A stretch of DNA of 64,000 nt, taken from positions 81,220,001-81,284,000 of the forward strand of contig OZ024743.1 of the NCBI GenBank assembly GCA_964016885.1. The letters run 5' to 3'. Every line of letters begins with the position of its first letter. The stretch's first letter is position 1. A model generated the notes under the pieces. It did not search any database. It was not told the origin of the DNA and saw only the letters and a list, made by a program, of their open reading frames with translations. The translations under genes were made by a program, and so were the position numbers. This DNA comes from Eledone cirrhosa (lineage: Eukaryota). Shown in pieces: positions 9,876 through 24,800 of this stretch.

Positions 9876-12800
9876 GTTCCAACTGAACCTAACACGAGTG
9901 TCATGTTTCAATTCAAACTAACCCGAGTGTTATCTAACAACTGAACCTAACCCAAGTGTCATGTACCAATTGAACCTAACCCGAGAGTCATGTACCAATT
10001 GAACCTAACCCAGTGTCATGTACCAACTGAACCTAACCCGAGTATCATGTACCAACTGAACCTAACCCAAGTGTCATGTACCAACTGAACCTAACCCAAG
10101 TGTCATGTACCAACTGAACCTAACCTGAGTGTCATGTACCAACTGAACCTAACCCAATTGTCATGTACCAACTGAACGTAAACCAACTGTCATGTACCAA
10201 CTGAACCTAACCCAGTGTCATGTACCAACTGAACCTAACCCGAGTATCATGTACCAACTGAACCTAACCCGAGTGTCATGTACCAACAGAAACTAAGCCG
10301 AGTGTCATGTACCAACTGAACCTAACCCGAGTGTCATGTACCAACTGAACCTAACCCGAGTGTCATGTACCAACTGAACCTAACCCGAGTGTCATATACC
10401 AATTGAACATAACCCAAGTGTCATGTACCAACTGAACCTAACCCAAGTCTGATGTCCCATCTGAACCTAACCCAAGGGTCATGTACCGACTTAACCTAAC
10501 CCGCGTGTCATGTACCAACTGAATCTAACCCGAGTGTCATGTACCAACTAATCTTAACCCGAATATCATGTACCAATTGAACCTAACCCAAGTGTCATGT
10601 ACCAACTGAATCTAACCCGAGTGTCATGTACCAACTGAACCTAACCCGAGTGTCATGTACCAACTAATCTTAACCCGAATATCATGTACCAATTGAACCT
10701 AACCCAAGTGTCATGTACCAACTGAATCTAACCCGAGTGTCATGTACCAACTGAACCTAACCCGAAATTCATCTACCAACTGAACCTAACCCGAGTGTCA
10801 TGTACAAATTGAACCTAACACGAGTGTCATGTACAAACTGAACCTAACCCGAGTGTCATGTACCAACTGAACCTAACGCAAATGTCATGTACCAGTTGAA
10901 CCTAACCCGAGTGTCATGTACCAAGTGAACCTAACCCGAGTGTCATGTACCAACTGAACGTAACCCGAATGTCATGTACCAACTGAACCAAACCCGAGTG
11001 TCATCTACCAACTGAACCTAACCCGAGTGTCATCTACCAACTGAAACTAACCCGAGTGTCATGTACCAACTGAACCTAACCCGAGTGTCATGTACCAATT
11101 GAACCTAACCCGAGTGTCAAGTACTAACAGAGTCTAACCAGAGTGTCATATACCAACTGAACCTAACCCGAGTGTCATGTACCAACTGAACCTAACTCGA
11201 GTGTCATGTACCAACTGAACCTAACAAGAGTGTCATGTACCAACTGAACCTAACCCAAGTGTCATGTACCAACTAAACCTAACCCGAATGTCATGTACCA
11301 ATTGAACCTAACCCGAGTGTCATCTACCTATTGAACCTAACCCGAGTGTCATCTACCAAGTGAACCTAACCCAAGTGTCATGTACCAACTGAACCTAACC
11401 CGAATGTCATGTACCAATTGAACCTAACCCGAGGGTCATCTACCAATTGAACCTAACCCGAGTGTCATCTACCAATTGAACCTAACCCAAGTGTCATGTA
11501 CCAACTGAACCTAACCCAGGTCTCATGTCCCAACTGAACCTAACCCGAATGTCATGTACCAAATGAACCTAACCCGAGTGTCATGTACCAACTGAACCTA
11601 ACCCGAGTGTCATCTACCAACTGAACCTAACCCAAGTGTCATCTACCAACTAAACCTAACCCGAGTGTCATATACCAACAGAAACTAACCCGAGTGTCAT
11701 GTACCAACTGAACCTAACACAAGTGTCATGTACCAACTAAACCTAACCCGAATGTCATGTACCAATTGAACCTAACCCGAGTGTCATCTGCCAATTGAAC
11801 CTAACCCGAGTGTCATCTACCAAGTGAACCTAACCCAAGTGTCATGTACCAACTGAACCTAACCCGAATGTCATGTACCAATTGAACCTAACCCGAGTGT
11901 CATCTACCAATTGAACCTAACCCGAGTGTCATCTACCAATTGAACCTAACCCAATGTCATGTACCAATTGAACATAACCCAAGTGTCATGTACCAACTGA
12001 ACCTAACCCAAGTGTCATGTACCAACTGAACCTAACCCAAGTCTCATGTCCCAACTGAACCTAACCCGAATGTCATGTACCAAATGAACCTAACCTGAGT
12101 GTCATGTACCAACTGAACCTAACCCGAGTATCATCTACCAACTGAACCTAACCCAAGTGTCATCTACCAACTAAACCTAACCTGAGTGTCATGTACCAAC
12201 AGAAACTAACCCGAGTGTCATGTACCAACTGAACCTAACCCGAGTGTCATGTACCAACTGAACCTAACCCAAGTGTCATCTACCAACTGAACCTAACCCG
12301 AGTGTCATGTACCAACTGAACCTAACCCAAGTCTCATGTACCAACTGAACCTAACCCGAGTGTCATGTACCAACTGAACCTAACCCGAGTGTCATGTACC
12401 AATTGAACCTAACCCGAGTGTCATCTACCAACTGAACCTAACCCAAGTGTCATCTACCAACTAAACCTAACACGAGTGTCATGTACCAACTGAACCTAAC
12501 CCAAGTGTCATGTACCAACTGAACCTAACCCGAATGTCATCTACCAATTGAACCTAACCCAAGTGTCATGTACCAATTGAACCTAACCCAAGTGTCATCT
12601 ATCAATTGAACCTAACCCAAGTGTCATGTACCAACTGAACCTAACCCGAGCGTCATGTACCAATTGAACCTAACCCAAGTCTCATGTACCAACTGAACCT
12701 AATCTGAATGTCATGTACCAACTGAACCTGACCCGAGTGTCATGTACCAACTGAACCTAACACGATTGTCATCTACCAACAGAACCTAACCCGAGTGTCA

Positions 12801-15800
12801 TGTACCAACTGAACCTAACCCGAATGTCATGTACCAACTGAACCTAACCCGAGTGTCATGTACGAATTGAACCTAACCCAATTGTCATGTACCAACTGAA
12901 CCTAACCCGAGTGTCATGTACCAACTGAACTTAACCCGAATGTCATGTACCAAATAAACCTAACCCGAGTGTCATGTACCAATTGAACCTAAACCAGGTC
13001 TCATGTAGCAACTGAACTTAACCCGAATGTCATCTACCAACTGAACCTAACCCGAGTGTCATGTACCAACTGAACCTAACACGAGTATCAAGTACCAACT
13101 GAACCTAACCCGAGTGTCATATACCAACTGAACCTAACCCAAGTGTCATCTACCAACTGAACCTAACCCGAGTGTCATCTACCAACTGAACCTAACCAGA
13201 GTGTCATGTACCAACTGAACCTAACCCGAGTGTCATGTACCAACTGAATCTAACCCGAATGTCATCTACCAACTGAACCTAACCCAAGTGTCATGTACCA
13301 ACTGAACCTAAGCTACGTGTCATGTACCAACTGAACCTAACCCAAGTGTCATGTACTAACTGAACCTAACCCAAGTGTCGTGTACCAACTGAACCTAACC
13401 CGAGTGTCATGTACCAACTGAAACTAACCCGAGTGTCATGTACCAATTGAACCTAACCCAAGTCATCTACCGACTTAAACTAACCCAGTTGTCATGTACC
13501 AACTGAACCTAACACGAGTGTCATGTACCAACTGAAACTAACCGGAGTGTCATGTACCAATTGAACCTAACCCAAGTGTCATGTACCAACTGAACCTAAC
13601 TCGAGTGTCATGTACCAACTCAACCTAACAAGAGTGTCATGTACCAACTGAACCTAACCCAAGTGTCATGTACCAACTAAACCTAACCCGAATGTCATGT
13701 ACCAATTGAACCTAACCCGAGTGTCATCTGCCAATTGAACCTAACCCGAGTGTCATCTACCAAGTGAACCTAACCCAAGTGTCATGTACCAACTGAACCT
13801 AACCCGAATGTCATGTACCAATTGAACCTAACCCAAGTGTCATCTACCAATTGAACCTAACCCGAGTGTCATCTACCAATTGAACCTAACCCAATGTCAT
13901 GTACCAATTGAACATAACCCAAGTGTCATGTACCAATTGAACCTAACCCAAATGTCATGTACCAACTGAACCTAACCCAAGTCTCATGTCCCAACTGAAC
14001 CTAACCCGAATGTCATGTACCAAATGAACCTAACCCGAGTGTCATGTACCAACTGAACCTAACCCGAGTGTCATCTACCAACTGAACCTAACCCAAGTGT
14101 CATCTACCAACTAAACCTAACCTGAGTGTCATGTACCAACAGAAACTAACCCGAGTGTCATGTACCAACTGAACCTAACCCAAGTGTCATGTACCAACTG
14201 AACCTAACCCAAGTGTCCTCTACCAACTGAACCTAACCCGAGTGTCATGTACCAACTGAACCTAACCCAAGTCTCATGTACCAACTGAACCTAACCCGAG
14301 TGTCATGTACCAACTGAACCTAACCCGAGTGTCATGTACCAACTGAACCTAACCCAAGTCTCATGTACCAACTGAACCTAACCCGAATGTCATGTACCAA
14401 CTGAACCTAACCAGAGTGTCATGTACCAACTGAACCTAACCCAAGTGTCATGTACCAACTGAACCTAACCCAAGTGTCATCTACCAGCTAAACCTAACAC
14501 GTGTGTCATGTACCAACTGAACCTAACCCAAGTGTCATGTACCAACTGAACCTAACCCGAATGTCATCTACCAATTGAACCTAACCCAAGTGTCATGTAC
14601 CAATTGAACCTAACCCAAGTGTCATCTATCAATTGAACCTAACCCAAGTGTCATGTACCAACTGAACCTAACCCGAGCGTCATGTACCAATTGAACCTAA
14701 CCCAAGTCTCATGTACCAACTGAACCTAATCTGAATGTCATGTAGCAACTGAACCTGACCCGAGTGTCATGTACCAACTGAACCTAACACGATTGTCATC
14801 TACCAACAGAACCTAACCCGAGTGTCATGTACCAACTGAACCTAACCCGAATGTCATGTACCAACTGAACCTAACCCGAGTGTCATGTACGAATTGAACC
14901 TAACCCAATTGTCATGTACCAACTGAACCTAACCCGAGTGTCATGTACCAACTGAACTTAACCCGAATGTCATGTACCAAATAAACCTAACCCGAGTGTC
15001 ATGTACCAATTGAACCTAAACCAAGTCTCATGTAGCAACTGAACTTAACCCGAATGTCATCTACCAACTGAACCTAACCCGAGTGTCATGTACCAACTGA
15101 ACCTAACACGAGTATCAAGTACCAACTGAACCTAACCTGAGTGTCATATACCAACTGAACATAACCCAAGTGTCATCTACCAACTGAACCTAACCCGAGT
15201 GTCATCTACCAACTGAACCTAACCAGAGTGTCATGTACCAACTGAACCTAACCCGAGTGTCATGTACCAACTGAATCTAACCCGAATGTCATCTACCAAT
15301 TGAACATAACCCGAGTGTCATGTACCAACTGAACCTAACCCGAGTGTCATGTACCAACTGAACCTAACCCAAGTGTCATGTACCAACTGAACCTAACCCA
15401 AGTGTCATGTACCAACTGAACCTAAGCTAAGTGTCATGTACCAACTGAACCTAACCCAAGTGTCATGTACTAACTGAACCTAACCCAAGTGTCGTGTACC
15501 AACTGAACCTAACCCGAGTGTCATGTACCAACTGAAACTAACCCGAGTGTCATGTACCAATTGAACCTAACCCAAGTCATCTACCGACTTAAACTAACCC
15601 AGTTGTCATGTACCAACTGAACCTAACCCGAGTGTCATGTACCAACTGAAACTAACCGGAGTGTCATGTACCAATTGAACCTAACCCAAGTGTCATGTAC
15701 CAACTGAACCTAACTCGAGTGTCATGTACCAACTGAACCTAACAAGAGTGTCATGTACCAACTGAACCTAACCCAAGTGTCATGTACCAACTAAACCTAA

Positions 15801-18800
15801 CCCGAATGTCATGTACCAATTGAACCTAACCCGAGTGTCATCTACCTATTGAACCTAACCCGAGTGTCATCTACCAAGTGAACCTAACCCAAGTGTCATG
15901 TACCAACTGAACCTAACCCGAATCTCATGTACCAATTGAACCTAACCCGAGGGTCATCTACCAATTGAACCTAACCCGAGTGTCATCTACCAATTGAACC
16001 TAACCCAAGTGTCATGTACCAATTGAACATAACCCAAGTGTCATGTACCAACTGAACCTAACGCAAGTGTCATGTACCAACTGAACCTAACACAAGTCTC
16101 ATGTCCCAACTGAACCTAACCCGAATGTCATGTACCAAATGAACCTAACCCGAGTGTCATGTACCAACTGAACCTAACCCGAGTGTCATCTACCAACTGA
16201 ACCTAACCCAAGTGTCATCTACCAACTAAACCTAACCCGAGTGTCATGTACCAACAGAAACTAACCCGAGTGTCATGTACCAACTGGACCTAACACAAGT
16301 GTCATGTACCAACTAAACCTAACCCGAATGTCATGTACCAATTGAACCTAACCCGAGTGTCATCTGCCAATTGAACCTAACCCGAGTGTCATCTACCAAG
16401 TGAACCTAACCCAAGTGTCATGTACCAACTGAACCTAACCCGAATGTCATGTACCAATTGAACCTAACCCGAGTGTCATCTACCAATTGAACCTAACCCG
16501 AGTGTCATCTACCAATTGAACCTAACACAATGTCATGTACCAATTGAACATAACCCAAGTGTCATGTACCAATTGAACTTAACCCAAGTGTCATGTACCA
16601 ACTGAACCTAACCCAAGTCTCATGTACCAACTGAACCTAACCCGAATGTCATGTACCAACTGAACCTAACCCGAGTGTCATGTACCAACTGAACCTAACC
16701 CAAGTGTCATGTACCAACTGAACCTAACCCAAGTGTCATCTACCAACTAAACCTAACACGAGTGTCATGTACCAACTGAACCTAACCCAAGTGTCATGTA
16801 CCAACTGAACCTAACCCGAATGTCATCTACCAATTGAACCTAACCCAAGTGTCATGTACCAATTGAACCTAACCCAAGTGTCATCTATCAATTGAACCTA
16901 ACCCAAGTGTCATGTACCAACTGAACCTAACCCGAGCGTCATGTACCAATTGAACCTAACCCAAGTCTCATGTACCAACTGAACCTAACCCAAGTGTCAT
17001 GTACTAACTGAACATAACCCAAGTGTCGTGTACCAACTGAACCTAACCCGAGTGTCATGTACCAACTGAAACTAACCCGAGTGTCATGTACCAATTGAAC
17101 CTAACCCAAGTCATCTACCGACTTAAACTAACCCAGTTGTCATGTACCAACTGAACATAACCCGAGTGTCATGTACCAACTGAAACTAACCGGAGTGTCA
17201 TGTACCAATTGAACCTAACCCAAGTGTCATGTACCGACTTAAACTATCCCAAGTGTCATGTACCAACTGAACCTAACCCGAGTGGCATCTACCAACTGAA
17301 CCTAACCCAAGTGTCATCTACCAACTGAACCTAACCCGAATGTCATGTACCAACTGAACCTAACCCGAGTGTCATCTACCAACTGAACCTAACCCAAGTC
17401 TCATGTACCAACTGAACCTAACCCGAATGTCATGTACCAACTGAACCTAACCCGAGTGTCATGTACCAACTGAACCTAACCCAAGTGTCATGTACCAACT
17501 GAACCTAACCCAAGTGTCATCTACCAACTAAACCTAACACGAGTGTCATGTACCAACTGAACCTAACCCAAGTGTCATGTACCAACTGAACCTAACCCGA
17601 ATGTCATCTACCAATTGAACCTAACCCAAGTGTCATGTACCAATTGAACCTAACCCAAGTGTCATCTATCAATTGAACCTAACCCAAGTGTCATGTACCA
17701 ACTGAACCTAACCCGAGCGTCATGTACCAATTGAACCTAACCCAAGTCTCATGTACCAACTGAACCTAATCTGAATGTCATGTACCAACTGAACCTGACC
17801 CGAGTGTCATGTACCAACTGAACCTAACCCAAGTGTCATGTACCAACTGAACCTAACACGATTGTCATCTACCAACAGAACCTTAACCCGAGTGTCATGT
17901 ACCAACTGAACCTAACCCGAATGTCATGTACCAACTGAACCTAACCCGAGTGTCATGTACGAATTGAACCTAACCCAATTGTCATGTACCAACTGAACCT
18001 AACCCGAGTGTCATGTACCAACTGAACTTAACCCGAATGTCATGTACCAAATAAACCTAACCCGAGTGTCATGTACCAATTGAACCTAAACCAAGTCTCA
18101 TGTAGCAACTGAACTTAACCCGAATGTCATCTACCAACTGAACCTAACCCGAGTGTCATGTACCAACTGAACCTAACACGAGTATCAAGTACCAACTGAA
18201 CCTAACCCGAGTGTCATATACCAACTGAACCTAACCCAAGTGTCATCTACCAACTGAACCTAACCCGAGTGTCATCTACCAACTGAACCTAACCAGAGTG
18301 TCATGTACCAACTGAACCTAACCCGAGTGTCATGTACCAACTGAATCTAACCCGAATGTCATCTACCAATTGAACATAACCCGAGTGTCATGTACCAACT
18401 GAACCTAACCCGAGTGTCATGTACCAACTGAACCTAACCCAAGTGTCATGTACCAACTGAACCTAACCCAAGTGTCATGTACCAACTGAACCTAAGCTAA
18501 GTGTCATGTACCAACTGAACCTAACCCAAGTGTCATGTACTAACTGAACCTAACCCAAGTGTCGTGTACCAACTGAACCTAACCCGAGTGTCATGTACCA
18601 ACTGAAACTAACCCGAGTGTCATGTACCAATTGAACCTAACCCAAGTCATCTACCGACTTAAACTAACCCAGTTGTCATGTACCAACTGAACCTAACCCG
18701 AGTGTCATGTACCAACTGAAACTAACCGGAGTGTCATGTACCAATTGAACCTAACCCAAGTGTCATGTACCGACTTAAACTATCCCAAGTGTCATGTACC

Positions 18801-21800
18801 AACTGAACCTAACCCGAGTGGCATCTACCAACTGAACCTAACCCAAGTGTCATCTACCAACTGAACCTAACCCGAATGTCATGTACCAACTGAACCTAAC
18901 TCAAGTGTCATGTACCAATCGAACCTAACCCGAGTGTCGTCTACCACCTGAACCTAACCCAAGTGTCATGTAACAACTGAACATAACCCAAGTGTCATGT
19001 ACCAACTCAACCTAACCCGAGTGTCATGTACCAACTGAAACTAACCCAGTGTCATGTACCAACTGAACCTAACCCGAGTATCATGTACCAACTGAACCTA
19101 ACCCAAGTGTCATGTACCAACTGAACCTAACCCGAGTGTCATGTACCAACTGAACCTAACCCAAGTGTCGTGTATCAACTGAAACTAACCCGAATGTCAT
19201 GTACCAATTGAACATAACCCAAGTCTCATGTACCGACTTAACCTAACCCGAGTGTCATGTACCAACTAATCTTAACCCGAGTGTCATGTACCAATTGAAC
19301 CTAATCCAAGTGTCATGTACAAACTGAATCTAACCCGAGTGTCATCTACCAACTGAACCTAACCCGAGTGTCATGTACCAACTGAACCTAACCCGAGTGT
19401 CATGTACCAACTGAACCTAACCCGAGTGTCATGTACCAACTGAATCTAACCCGAGTGTCATGTACCAACTGAACCTAACCCAAATGTCATGTACCAACTG
19501 AACGTAACCCGAATGTCATGTACCAATTGAACCTAACACGAGTGTCATTTACCAACTGAACCTAACCCGAGTGTCATGTACCAACTGAAGCTAAACCGAG
19601 TGTCATCTACCAACTGAACCTAACCCAAGTGTCATCTACCAACTGAACCTAACCCGAGTGTCATCTACCAACTGAACCTAACCCGAGTGTCATGTACCAA
19701 CTGAACCTAACACGAGTGTCATGTACCAACAGAAACTAAGCCGAGTGTCATGTACCAACTGAACCTAACCCGAGTGTCATGTACCAATTGAACATAACAC
19801 GAGTGTCATGTACCAACTGAACCTAACCCGAGTGTCATGTACCAACTGAACCTAACCCGAATGTCATGTACCAAATGAACCTAACCCGAGGGTCATATAC
19901 CAATTGAACATAACCCAAGTGTCATGTACCAACTGAACCTAACCCAAGTCTCATGTCCCATCTGAACCTAACCCAAGGGTCATGTACCGACTTAACCTAA
20001 CCCGCGTGTCATGTACCAACTGAATCTAACCCGAGTGTCATGTACCAACTAATCTTAACCCGAATATCATGTACCAATTGAACCTAACACGAGTGTCATG
20101 TACAAACTGAACCTAACCCGAGTGTCATGTACCAAGTGAACCTAACCCAAGTTTCGTGTACCAACTGAACCTGACCCGAATGTCATGTACCAACTGAACG
20201 TAACCCGAATGTCATGTACCAACTGAACCAAACCCGAGTGTCATCTACCAACTGAACCTAACCCGAGTGTCATCTACCAACTGAAACTAACCCGAGTGTC
20301 ATGTACCAACAGAACCTAACCCGAGTGTCATGTACCAATTGAACCTAACCCGAGTGTCATGTACCAACTGAACCTAACCCGAATGTCATGTACCAATTGA
20401 ACATAACCCAAGTGTCATGTACCAACTGAACCTAACCCAAGTCTCATGTCCCAACTGAACCTAACCCGAATGTCATGTACCAAATGAACCTAACCCGAGT
20501 GTCATGTACCAACAGAAACTAACCCGAGTGTCATGTACCAACTGAACCTAACCCGAGTGTCATGTACCAACTGAACCTAACCCAAGTGTCATGTACCAAC
20601 TAAACCTAACCCGAATGTCATGTACCAATTGAACATAACCCAAGTGTCATGTACCAACTGAACCTAACCCAAGTCTCATGTCCCAACTGAACCTAACCCG
20701 AATGTCATGTACCAAGTGAACCTAAGCCGAATGTCATCTACCAACTGAACCTAACGCGAGTGTCATGTACCAACAGAACCTGACCCAAGTCTCATGTCCC
20801 AACTGAACCTAACCCGAATGTCATGTACCAAATGAACCTAACCCGAGTGTCATGTACCAACTGAACCTAACCCGAGTGTCATCTACCAACTGAACCTAAC
20901 CCAAGTGTCATCTACCAACTAAACCTAACCCGAGTGTCATGTACCAACTGAACCTAACCCGAGTGTCATATACCAACTGAACCTAACCCAAGTGTCATCT
21001 ACCAACTGAACCTAACCCGAATGTCATCTACCAATTGAACCTAACCCAAGTCTCATGTACCAACTGAACCTAACCCGAATGTCATGTACCAACTGAACCT
21101 AACCCGAGTGTCATGTACCAATTGAACCTAACCCGAGTGTCATCTACCAACTGAACCTAACCCAAGTGTCATCTACCAACTAAACCTAACCCGAGTGTCA
21201 TGTACCAACAGAAACTAACCCGAGTGTCATGTACCAACTGAACCTAACCCGAATGTCATGTACCAACTGAACCTAACCCGAGTGTCATGTACGAATTGAA
21301 CCTAACCCAATTGTCATGTACCAACTGAACCTAACCCGAGTGTCATGTACCAACTGAACTTAACCCGAATGTCATGTACCAGATAAACCAAACCTGAGTG
21401 TCATGTACCAATTGAACCTAAACCAAGTCTCATGTACCAACTGAACCTAACCCGAGTGTCATATACCAACTGAACCTAACCCAAGTGTCATCTACCAACT
21501 GAACCTAACCCGAGTGTCATCTACCAACTGAACCTAACCCGAGTGTCATGTACCAACTGAACCTAACCCGAGTGTCATGTACCAACTGAATCTAACCCGA
21601 GTGTCATGTACCAACTGAACCTAACCCGAGTGTCATGTACCAACTGAAACTAACCCGAGTGTCATGTACCAATTGTACCTAACCCAAGTCATCTACCAAC
21701 TTAAACTAACCCAGTTGTCATTTACCAACTGAACCTAAACCAAGTGATATGTACCAACTGAACCTAACCCGAGTGTCATGTACCAACTGAACCTAACCCG

Positions 21801-24800
21801 AATGTCATGTACCAAATGAACCTAACCCGAGTGTCATATACCAATTGAACATAACCCAAGTGTCATGTACCAACTGAACCTAACCCAAGTCTCATGTCCC
21901 ATCTGAACCTAACCCAAGGGTCATGTACCGACTTAACCTAACCCGCGTGTCATGTACCAACTGAATCTAACCCGAGTGTCATGTACCAACTAATCTTAAC
22001 CCGAATATCATGTACCAACTGAATCTAACATGAGTGTCATGTACCAACTGAACCTAACCCGAAATTCATCTACCAACTGAACCTAACCCGAGTGTCATGT
22101 ACCAATTGAACCTAACACGAGTGTCATGTACAAACTGAACCTAACCCGAGTGTCATGTACCAAGTGAACCTAACCCAAGTTTCGTGTACCAACTGAACCT
22201 GACCCGAATGTCATGTACCAACTGAACGTAACCCGAATGTCATGTACCAACTGAACCAAACCCGAGTGTCATCTACCAACTGAACCTAACCCGAGTGTCA
22301 TCTACCAACTGAAACTAACCCGAGTGTCATGTACCAACAGAACCTAACCCGAGTGTCATGTACCAATTGAACCTAACCCGAGTGTCATGTACCAACTGAA
22401 CCTAACCCGAATGTCATGTACCAATTGAACATAACCCGAGTGTCATGTACCAACAGAAACTAACCCGAGTGTCATGTACCAACTGAACCTAACCCGAGTG
22501 TCATGTACCAACTGAACCTAACCCAAGTGTCATGTACCAACTAAACCTAACCCGAATGTCATGTACCAATTGAACATAACCCAAGTGTCATGTACCAACT
22601 GAACCTAACCCAAGTCTCATGTCCCAACTGAACCTAACCCGAATGTCATGTACCAAGTGAACCTAACCCGAATGTCATCTACCAACTGAACCTAACGCGA
22701 GTGTCATGTACCAACAGAACCTGACCCAAGTCTCATGTCCCAACTGAACCTAACCCGAATGTCATGTACCAAATGAACCTAACCCGAGTGTCATGTACCA
22801 ACTGAACCTAACCCGAGTGTCATCTACCAACTGAACCTAACCCAAGTGTCATCTACCAACTAAACCTAACCCGAGTGTCATGTACCAACTGAACCTAACC
22901 CGAGTGTCATATACCAACTGAACCTAACCCAAGTGTCATCTACCAACTGAACCTAACCCGAATGTCATCTACCAATTGAACCTAACCCAAGTCTCATGTA
23001 CCAACTGAACCTAACCCGAATGTCATGTACCAACTGAACCTAACCCGAGTGTCATGTACCAATTGAACCTAACCCGAGTGTCATCTACCAACTGAACCTA
23101 ACCCAAGTGTCATCTTCCAACTAAACCTAACCCGAGTGTCATGTACCAACAGAAACTAACCCGAGTGTCATGTACCAACTGAACCTAACCCGAATGTCAT
23201 GTACCAACTGAACCTAACCCGAGTGTCATGTACGAATTGAACCTAACCCAATTGTCATGTACCAACTGAACCTAACCCGAGTGTCATGTACCAACTGAAC
23301 TTAACCCGAATGTCATGTACCAGATAAACCTAACCTGAGTGTCATGTACCAATTGAACCTAAACCAAGTCTCATGTACCAACTGAACCTAACCCGAGTGT
23401 CATATACCAACTGAACCTAACCCAAGTGTCATCTACCAACTGAACCTAACCCGAGTGTCATCTACCAACTGAACCTAACCCGAGTGTCATGTACCAACTG
23501 AACCTAACCCGAGTGTCATGTACCAACTGAATCTAACCCGAATGTCATCTACCAATTGAACATAACCCGAGTGTCATGTACCAACTGAACCTAACCCGAG
23601 TGTCATGTACCAACTGAACCTAACCCGAGTGTCATGTACCAACTGAACCTAACCCGAGTGTCATGTACCAACTGAAACTAACCCGAGTGTCATGTACCAA
23701 TTGTACCTAACCCAAGTCATCTACCGACTTAAACTAACCCAGTTGTCATTTACCAACTGAACCTAAACCAAGTGATATGTACCAACTGAACCTAACCCAA
23801 GTGTCATGTACCAACTGAAACTAACCGGAGTGTCATGTACCAATTGAACCTAACCCAAGTGTCATGTACCGACTTAACCTATCCCAAGTGTCATGTACCA
23901 ACTGAACCTAACCCGAGTGTCACGTACCAACTGAACCTAACCCGAATGTCATGTACCAACAGAAACTAACCCAAGTGTCATGTACCAACTGAACCTAACC
24001 CGAGTGTCATGTACCAACTGAACCTAACCCAAGTGTCATCTACCAACTGAACCTAACCCGAAGGTCATCTACCAATTGAACCTAACCCAAGTCTCATGTA
24101 CCAACTGAACCTAACCCGAATGTCATGTACCAACTGAACCTAGCCCGAGTGTCATGTACCAACTGAACCTAACCCGAGTGTCATGTACCAACTGAACCTA
24201 ACCCGAGTGTCATGTACCAATTGAACCAAACCCAAGTCTCATGTACCGACTGAACCTAACCCGAATGTCATGTACCAACTGTACCTACCCCAAGTGTTAT
24301 GTACCAACTGAACCTAACACGATTGTCATCTACCAACAGAACCTAACCCGAGTGTCATGTACCAACTGAACCTAACCCGAATGTCATGTACCAATTGAAC
24401 CTAACCCGAGTGTCATGTACCAACTGAACCTAACCCGAATGTCATGTACCAACTTAAACTAACCCAAGTGTCATGTACCAACTGGACCTAACCCGAGTGT
24501 CATGTACGAATTGAACCTAACCCAATTGTCATGTACCAACTGAACCTAACCCGAGTGTCATGTACCAACTGAACCTAACCCGAATGTCATGTACCAAATA
24601 AACCTAACCCGAGTGTCATGTACCAATTGAACCTAAACCAAGTCTCATGTACCAACTGAACCTAACCCGAGTGTCATCTACCAACTGAACCTAACCCAAG
24701 TGTAATCTACCAACTGAACATAACCCGAGTGTCATCTACCAACTGAACCTAACCCGAGTGTCATGTACCAACTGAACCTAACCCGAGTGTCATGTACCAA

